Origin: Gammaproteobacteria bacterium
GTDB lineage: Bacteria > Pseudomonadota > Gammaproteobacteria > JACKNK01
Assembly (NCBI GenBank): GCA_049604295.1
Contig: JBMYTL010000002.1
Coordinates: forward strand, 4,659 to 68,658
Direction: 5' to 3'
Length of the DNA: 64,000 bases
Of the stretch, positions 58,235 through 64,000 are shown one piece after another. Below the pieces are notes generated by a model, which did not search any database, was not told where the DNA came from, and worked only from the letters and a program-made list of their open reading frames with translations. The position numbers and the translations under genes are program-made. How positions within the stretch are numbered: the stretch's first letter is position 1; the number at the start of each line of letters is the position of its first letter.

Positions 58235-59599
58235 TCACCCGTAAACCTGTCTGGGGAGCCAGAGCACGACCTCCGGGAAGATGATGCAGATGCTCAAGCC
58301 CACGATCTGCAGGGCAAGAAAGGGCAGGGACGACTTGTAGATCTGCGCCATGGTGATTTCCGGTGGCGCCACGCTCTTGAGGTAGAACAGTGCGTAACCG
58401 AATGGTGGGCTGAGAAAGCTCATCTGCATATTGACCATGTAGACCACCCCGAACCAGAGGGGCAGCTCCTCAGGAGCGACACCCGGCAGGCCGAACACGC
58501 CATCGAAGCTCATGGATTTCATCAGGGGCACGAAGATCGGCACGGCTAGGAGCAGGATGCCCACCCAGTCGAGGAACATCCCCAGGATCACAAGAATCAC
58601 CATCATCAGAACCAGGATGCCGTAGGGGCCCAGGCCGGTGCCGATGATGGTCTCGTTGACGAACTGCTGACCGCCGTTGACGACGTAAAAGCCCACGAAG
58701 AGCGTCGCACCGAAAATAATCCACAGGACCATGCCCGTAACCCGCAGGGTGGTCATGGCCGCGGCACGAAGGTTTTCCCAGCTCAGGCGGCGGTGCATGG
58801 CGGCCACCACAATGGCTCCGAAGGTACCGACACCCGCTGCCTCCACGGGGGTCGCGATGCCGCCGAAGATGATACCCAGCACCAACGTAACCAGTGCCAG
58901 AGGCGCGAACATATTGCCCAGCAACCGGAATTTGTCCGCCGTGCTGACACGTTCCTCGACGGGCAACGGCGGGCCCTTGCTGGGATCGATGGTGGTGACG
59001 ACGGAAACGTAGGCAATGTACAGAGTGGAAAGGATCAGTCCGGGTATCACCGCACCGATGAACAACTCGCCCACGGATTGCTGGGCGACTACCGCGAACA
59101 GGATGGCGAGGATCGACGGGGGGATGAGGATGCCCAGTGTGCCTCCGGCCAGGATCGAGCCGCAGGCGATGGTCGGGTGGTAGTGGCGCCGGACCATGGC
59201 GGGTAGGGCAATCATTCCCATGGTGACCTCGGTGGCGCCGATGACGCCGCACATGGCCGCCAGAACGGTGGAGGCGATAATGGTGGATATGGCCAAACCA
59301 CCTTTCAGGCCGCCGAGGATCTTGTACACCATGTCGTACAACTCCTCGATGATCCCCGCCCGTTCCAGCATTGAGGCCATGAATATGAACAAGGGGATGG
59401 CCGACAACTGGTAGTCCGTCATCAGCGGGAAGATGCGGCTGGGCAGTATGTTGAGCATCTGCGCATCGCCGAAGATGAACAGGAACACGCAGGCCAACCC
59501 ACCGGTGACGAAGGCCAGGGGAAGGCCCGCCATGAGCAGTATGGCGAGCGACCCGAACATCAGCACCGTGAGCCAGGCGATATCGATCTCAAGTCCCAT
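58235..59599 (-). CDS. dctM: TRAP transporter large permease subunit
   Basis: About 454 aa, polytopic, DctM-like throughout. ORF trimmed to the ATG at 59599, which overlaps the dctQ 3' end by 11 nt. Confidence 0.92.
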   Translation of the reverse strand: MGLEIDIAWLTVLMFGSLAILLMAGLPLAFVTGGLACVFLFIFGDAQMLNILPSRIFPLMTDYQLSAIPLFIFMASMLERAGIIEELYDMVYKILGGLKGGLAISTIIASTVLAAMCGVIGATEVTMGMIALPAMVRRHYHPTIACGSILAGGTLGILIPPSILAILFAVVAQQSVGELFIGAVIPGLILSTLYIAYVSVVTTIDPSKGPPLPVEERVSTADKFRLLGNMFAPLALVTLVLGIIFGGIATPVEAAGVGTFGAIVVAAMHRRLSWENLRAAAMTTLRVTGMVLWIIFGATLFVGFYVVNGGQQFVNETIIGTGLGPYGILVLMMVILVILGMFLDWVGILLLAVPIFVPLMKSMSFDGVFGLPGVAPEELPLWFGVVYMVNMQMSFLSPPFGYALFYLKSVAPPEITMAQIYKSSLPFLALQIVGLSICIIFPEVVLWLPRQVYG

Positions 59600-60818
59600 G
59601 ATGACCCTCCTCGATGGCCAGACGCAGTTCGTTGGCGTTGGTGTCAGGGTCATCCGGTGGTGGGTGCAGGACGGTGTCGATATCGTTCAGCAGTTGGGCG
59701 ATTCCCTGCAGCATGAGCAGGGCCGCGCCGAGGGGGAGGGCGAACTTGATGGGGTAGTACTGAATGCCCCATTCGGTGAAGGACACCTCCTGAATCTCCA
59801 GGGCGTCATGGAAAAAGATCCAGCCGGTGACGAGAAGGGTCGTCACGAAGATGAAGAAGGCCACGGAGGTGATCAGGTCGAGGATGGCCTTGGTGCGGGT
59901 GCTCAGATTCGTGTAGATAACGTCCACGCGGACATGCGCGCCCTCGCGCAATGCATAGCCGCCGGCGAGCAGGTACTGCATGCCGAACATCAGGAACATC
60001 GCCTCGTGGGCCCAGTTGGTCGGCGAGTTGAAGACGTAGCGCGCGATGACCTCGTAGTAGTAGACAAACACGGCAATCACGGACCAGTAGGCGGCGACCT
60101 CACCCGCGAAGCCATTGATGCGGCCCACAACCCGGTTGAAGAGAAACTTCTCCCGGCTGACATCGACCTCTTCCTCCACCGCCGGGCAGACGAACCCGGG
60201 CTCGGTGGGTTCACCCTTCTCGAGTGCGTTGCGTCGGCGCACAAGGGAGGGCAGGAGCAGGGCATCGACGATCAGGAGGGCAAGAATCGCGAGGCCGAGA
60301 TTTCGGGACAGCGTGTTCCAGTCGTGAGCGACCGCTTCCGCTTCATCCCATTCAATCTTGCGGACGTCCATTTGCTTCCGTGCGTCGGTGATTTTTTCCC
60401 GCTCGCTGTCCACCCGTTTGCGATTCCGGTCGCTATCGCGCCGCTGCAGCCGTCGTTCGGCTTTCTCCAGTGATCGCTCAGCGCGCGCCAGACGACTTTC
60501 TGTCATCGTGTAGGCACCGTGGGCGTTGGAGACGTTGTCGCGCGCGTTTCGAGCCTCAACGTTGACGAGCAGGACAGCGGTGAACAGGGCGATGAACGCG
60601 AGTGCCCAGTAACTTTTCAAATACAGCCTGTGGCAGCCGACGAAGCCGCCAACGAGCAGAAACAGGTAGGCGACGAGCAGTGAAACGGGACCCTGCTCCG
60701 CGTTGGGCAATGAGCGGCGTTGCTCGGCCCTGCGCACCATGAACAGTGCGAACAACGGAAATACGATCAGCCCGCCCCAATACAGCCAGTGGGGCAGGAC
60801 GAAACTCAATTCAGGCAT
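59589..60818 (-). CDS. dctQ: TRAP transporter small permease (DctQ) fused to an N-terminal TM2-like/coiled-coil extension
   Basis: The C-terminal 180 aa or so is a four-TM DctQ module (YWSVIAVFVYYYEVIARYVFNSPTNWAHE...). The N-terminal 220 aa or so carries a TM2-like segment GGFVGCHRLYLKS and a charged helical stretch (RLARAERSLEKAERRLQRRDSDRNRKR...). Confidence 0.82.
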   Translation of the reverse strand: MPELSFVLPHWLYWGGLIVFPLFALFMVRRAEQRRSLPNAEQGPVSLLVAYLFLLVGGFVGCHRLYLKSYWALAFIALFTAVLLVNVEARNARDNVSNAHGAYTMTESRLARAERSLEKAERRLQRRDSDRNRKRVDSEREKITDARKQMDVRKIEWDEAEAVAHDWNTLSRNLGLAILALLIVDALLLPSLVRRRNALEKGEPTEPGFVCPAVEEEVDVSREKFLFNRVVGRINGFAGEVAAYWSVIAVFVYYYEVIARYVFNSPTNWAHEAMFLMFGMQYLLAGGYALREGAHVRVDVIYTNLSTRTKAILDLITSVAFFIFVTTLLVTGWIFFHDALEIQEVSFTEWGIQYYPIKFALPLGAALLMLQGIAQLLNDIDTVLHPPPDDPDTNANELRLAIEEGHHGT

Positions 60819-60920
60819 TGTGGCGGCCCTTCAGGTGTGACGTGTGAGCCGTGGATGAAAAGGGCCCGGGCGGCTGATTCGATCAGTCGCTGCCCCTCAC
60901 ACCGTTTGCGAATGAAACAG

Positions 60921-60967
60921 AGGTGTGCGGGGAACACGTGCGCCCTGCACCGGTTCTCCGCACACCC
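60921..60967 (-). other. intercistronic stem-loop between dctP and dctQ
   Basis: GGTGTGCGG (60922-60930) pairs with CCGCACACC (60958-60966), extended by GAAC/GTTC after one mismatch. It lies within the 162-nt dctP-dctQ spacer. Confidence 0.45.
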
Positions 60968-60980
60968 CGCCCGAGACACG

Positions 60981-62117
60981 TCACATATTGAGTTTCTGAC
61001 CCTCGATCATGTCCGGGGTCACGTAGCCCAGGGAGCCGGACATCATGTAATCGAGCTGGGTCTTGAACACCCGTGCGGCGTCCTTGTCCTTGTTGGCCCA
61101 CTTGAACCAGATCGGCACGGCCAACTCGGTAAAGGCCTCCACGTCGTCCTGGCTGAGGCGGGCCACCTCGGTACCGGCCTCGGTGAATTTCTTCCAGGCG
61201 TCCTGGTCGGCTTTCTGGATACCGGCGTGGTGCATGTCGGAGTAGACGTGCACCTCCATCTCCACGAAGGTCTTCATCTTGTCCGACAGGGCGTTCCAGC
61301 TCTTCTTGCCCACGGTGAGGTCCATGAGGTCCACGGGCTGGTAGATGGACATGAAGCCAGGCGGGCCCATGGAGATGTAATCGGTGACCTGGTGGAAGCC
61401 CAGGGCGTAGTTGATGGCCGGGCCCACGTAGTCAGCCACGTCGATGGTGCCCTTCTCCAGGGCAGGGAAAATCTCCGAGCCGGGCAGCAGGGTGGTCTTG
61501 GCACCCGCGGCCTGGAACATCTCGGCAACCATGCCGCCAGGCAGGCGCATCTTACGGCCGCGGAAATCATCGATGGAGCGGATCGGCGTTTTGGAGTGGA
61601 TGATGTTGGGGCCGTGATGAATCGGGCCCACGTAATGGAGATCGAATTTGGCGAACAGGTTGCGTGCCATCTCCAGGCCACCGAGGCCGTAGTAGAAGAC
61701 ATCCCACTCATGGGGGTTGCGCAGACCCATGGGGTAGGAGCTGAGGAACGCCGCGGCCGGCATACGACCGGCCCAGTAAAGGGTGAAGGGATTCATGGCG
61801 TCGAGTACGCCATTTTTCACCGCGTCGAAAAGCTGGAAGTCACCTACCACATCCTTGGCCCCGAACGGTTGGAAGGCCAGTTCACCACCGGTCTTCTCCA
61901 CGATGCTGCCGCACCACTCTTTGAAGATGTCCAGTCCGATGCCTCCGGGCCATGAGGTCTGGATCTTCCAGGTGGTGGTCTCCGCCGCCTGGGCATTACG
62001 GATCATGGGTGCGCCGAGGATGGCGGCTCCGCCCGCGGCCGCGGCGGTCTTCTTGAGAAAGTCGCGCCGCTGGGTATCGGCCCCGGAGGCCTTGCTGTTA
62101 TCAGCCATTGTTCTCAC
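60981..62117 (-). CDS. dctP: TRAP transporter substrate-binding protein with Tat signal
   Basis: Twin-arginine leader QRRDFLKKTAAAAGGAAILGAPMIRNAQA followed by a DctP-type binding domain of the mannitol/chloroaromatic COG group. The GTG at 62117 or the ATG at 62108 could be the start. Confidence 0.9.
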   Translation of the reverse strand: MRTMADNSKASGADTQRRDFLKKTAAAAGGAAILGAPMIRNAQAAETTTWKIQTSWPGGIGLDIFKEWCGSIVEKTGGELAFQPFGAKDVVGDFQLFDAVKNGVLDAMNPFTLYWAGRMPAAAFLSSYPMGLRNPHEWDVFYYGLGGLEMARNLFAKFDLHYVGPIHHGPNIIHSKTPIRSIDDFRGRKMRLPGGMVAEMFQAAGAKTTLLPGSEIFPALEKGTIDVADYVGPAINYALGFHQVTDYISMGPPGFMSIYQPVDLMDLTVGKKSWNALSDKMKTFVEMEVHVYSDMHHAGIQKADQDAWKKFTEAGTEVARLSQDDVEAFTELAVPIWFKWANKDKDAARVFKTQLDYMMSGSLGYVTPDMIEGQKLNM

Positions 62118-62172
62118 TCCTCACTTTGGTTTTGCGATCGGTACGTGCCGACTCGTCTTTTCATAGTTTTTA

Positions 62173-62201
62173 GTGATAAGGGGCTCAGCCTCCTTAATCA
62201 C
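62173..62201. promoter_or_regulatory. imperfect palindrome upstream of dctP (GTGATAAGG-N10-CCTTAATCAC)
   Basis: The arms are reverse complements apart from a one-base indel. It sits 56-84 nt upstream of the dctP start in the relatively AT-rich dctP/rlmD divergent region. Confidence 0.3.
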
Positions 62202-62372
62202 CCGGGCAACCATATCAGCCGATCCTGGGGGGCGGGTTCGAAAATGCTGCGATTTTCGTGAGGGTTTCCCCCGGGGAGCGCTTTTGATCGGGAGTGGGGT
62301 CCACAAAGAAAGCTCGCTCGTGCGCGGGCCGCTTGCCCATAATGCGCGGCTTTTCCGCATCTTCGAGGTTCC

Positions 62373-63725
62373 GTGGGCATGGGCCGCAGCCGCCGCAAAA
62401 AGCTTCCACTTGATCCGTTTCCCGCGCATATCGAATCCCTCGCCCACGATGGCCGTGGCGTGGCGCGCATCGACGGGAAGACCACCTTTATCCGCGGGGC
62501 TCTGCCGGGTGAGGATGTTGAATTCATCTACACATCGAAGCGTCGTAATCGCGATGAAGGACGCTGCGTCAGCGTGCAAACGCCTTCGCCGGAGCGTGTG
62601 GAGCCGGGGTGCCCGCATTTCGGCTTATGCGGTGGGTGTTCCCTGCAACACCAGGATCCAACGCGGCAGATTGAGGCCAAGTTCCAGGTGCTCAAGGACA
62701 ATCTGGAGCGGATCGGCAAGGTTGAGCCGGAAGCCTACCTTGCTCCATTGACCGGGCCTCACTGGGGCTATCGTCACAAGGCCCGACTCGGGGCCCGCTA
62801 CGTCCACAAGAAGGAAAAACTCCTGGTCGGGTTCCGGGAGGCGGGTACCTCCAAGGTGGCGGACCTGACCGCTTGCGCCGTTTTGCATCCGGCGGTGGGT
62901 GAGCGTCTGACCGCCCTGCGTGAGATGTTGGCGCGCTTGAGCGTTCACGAACGTATTCCCCAGATCGAGGTGGCGGTCGGCGATGACCACGGCGCCTTGA
63001 TCGTGCGCAACCTGGAGCCCCTGCCTGAGAATGATCGTGCCGTGCTGCGAGCGTTTGGGCGCGAGACGGATCTGGATATCTACCTGCAGCCCGGCGGTCC
63101 GGATACGGTGGAACCGCTGACCGAGGTCCGTCCGCTCAGCTACAGGCTGCCGGAATGGAACGTGGAGGTCTTCTTCAGACCGGATGATTTCACTCAGGTG
63201 AATACGGAGCTGAACCGCTCGATGGTGGCGCGCGCGCTCGAGATGCTGGACCCGAAGCCTGAGGACAGGGTGCTTGATCTGTTCTGTGGCCTGGGCAACT
63301 TCACGCTCCCGCTCGCGCGCAAGGCGGGTCAGGTTACCGGCGTCGAGGGTGATGCGGGGCTTGTGGAGCGGGCGCGTGAGAATGCCCGGAGCAATGGTGT
63401 GGACAACGTGAACTATTTCGTCGCGAATCTAATGGAAGACCAAAGCGGTGCGGAGTGGTTGCAGCAGTCCTACGACAAGATCCTGCTTGACCCGCCGCGT
63501 TCGGGAGCCGTTGAGATGATCCCCCATCTGGCCGGCCTGGGCGCGCGCCGCATTGTCTACGTGTCATGTCATCCCGGGTCTTTGGCACGCGATGCGGGGC
63601 TGTTGGTCAACGAACACGGTTACCGCATGGTCAGGGCCGGGGTCATGGATATGTTTCCGCATACCGCGCACGTGGAATCCATCGCCCTGTTCGAGCGCAA
63701 AGACTTGTGTGGTGCGCCGAAATAG
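62373..63725 (+). CDS. rlmD: 23S rRNA (uracil1939-C5)-methyltransferase
   Basis: TRAM N-terminus (SLAHDGRGVARIDGKTTFIRGALPGE), a Cys cluster (CPHFGLCGGCSLQH), a SAM motif (LDLFCGLGNFTLPLA) and the catalytic Cys context YVSCHP. The ATG at 62379 is the likely start. Confidence 0.92.
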   Translation: MGMGRSRRKKLPLDPFPAHIESLAHDGRGVARIDGKTTFIRGALPGEDVEFIYTSKRRNRDEGRCVSVQTPSPERVEPGCPHFGLCGGCSLQHQDPTRQIEAKFQVLKDNLERIGKVEPEAYLAPLTGPHWGYRHKARLGARYVHKKEKLLVGFREAGTSKVADLTACAVLHPAVGERLTALREMLARLSVHERIPQIEVAVGDDHGALIVRNLEPLPENDRAVLRAFGRETDLDIYLQPGGPDTVEPLTEVRPLSYRLPEWNVEVFFRPDDFTQVNTELNRSMVARALEMLDPKPEDRVLDLFCGLGNFTLPLARKAGQVTGVEGDAGLVERARENARSNGVDNVNYFVANLMEDQSGAEWLQQSYDKILLDPPRSGAVEMIPHLAGLGARRIVYVSCHPGSLARDAGLLVNEHGYRMVRAGVMDMFPHTAHVESIALFERKDLCGAPK

Positions 63726-64000
63726 ACGGAGCGAGAACGCGTTTCATTTTTCGTCAGGCAAGGCGCGAGGTGCATCCAAAGTGGGACCATGGCGACAACG
63801 AGCCACGCGGCGTGCCGGATAATGGGGCCGTAATGCGTGCCAAACAGGTTGGCGCACTAAACCGGATGACTGCTCGGTAGAACATGGCAACCCTCAGTGG
63901 TCGGCCGTTGCGCCGTGCAGGCTCCTTGCGGTACCCCGGTAAGGGGGGTCGCGTTTGCTTGGGTCCGATGCAAAGAAAAACCGGCGTTCCCATGGGAACG

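Noticed and set aside
60720-61955. 411-aa plus-strand ORF
   Set aside because: It is antisense to dctP, a shadow ORF with G/H/V/D-rich composition.
62234-62242. GGGTTCGAA, a tRNA T-loop-like string
   Set aside because: No acceptor, D or anticodon stems can be drawn around it. I found no tRNA, rRNA, tmRNA, RNase P or SRP RNA signature anywhere in the window.
63754-63993. 79-aa minus-strand ORF after rlmD
   Set aside because: It has poor composition, no ribosome-binding site or motif, and overlaps other equally weak ORFs. The region is more likely non-coding.
63985-64000. Palindrome CGTTCCCATGGGAACG preceded by an A-run at the window edge
   Set aside because: It is probably the 5' half of a bidirectional terminator, but it is truncated by the end of the window and cannot be evaluated.

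Overview
GC-rich (strong GC3 bias) chromosomal segment, by gene content and order most likely from a gammaproteobacterium. I found about 55 protein-coding genes and no rRNA, tRNA, CRISPR array, transposase, integrase or phage gene. Most of the window is housekeeping: accA-tilS, argB, algC, zapE, rluA, purB, a stand-alone EF-G paralog, guaB/xseA (divergent), oxyR, aroC, moaDE, sdhCDAB-sdhE-ygfX, plsC, rlmD, a DctPQM TRAP transporter and an Atm1-type ABC exporter. Two blocks look accessory and poorly understood. (1) 19.1-24.4 kb holds a tightly packed same-strand cassette: DUF218/YdcF, a deacetylase-like protein, an FkbH-like HAD-IIIC loader, an acyl carrier protein, an AAC(3)-like N-acyltransferase and an epimerase-like VOC protein. 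It abuts a convergent lipoprotein/ABC ATPase/double-FtsX permease operon (24.4-28.1 kb). I read the cassette as an uncharacterised carrier-protein-dependent N-acyl tailoring system. (2) 33.4-40.5 kb holds an Anbu (proteasome-like) module with an unusual layout: a 1121-aa transglutaminase/DUF2126 fusion, a circularly permuted ATP-grasp and an alpha-E protein on one strand, with Anbu transcribed divergently across a 237-bp region that carries a perfect 19-bp palindrome. Smaller oddities are a DeaD-like protein with degenerate helicase motifs, a DctQ fused to a TM2/coiled-coil extension, an S1 protease start-stop coupled to moaE, an orphan glcE coupled to a rhodanese, a REP-like inverted repeat and a 5 x 12-bp tandem repeat. 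All calls rest on reading the translated ORFs and DNA by eye; no searches were run. Many long ORFs in the track are antisense shadows typical of high-GC DNA and were rejected.
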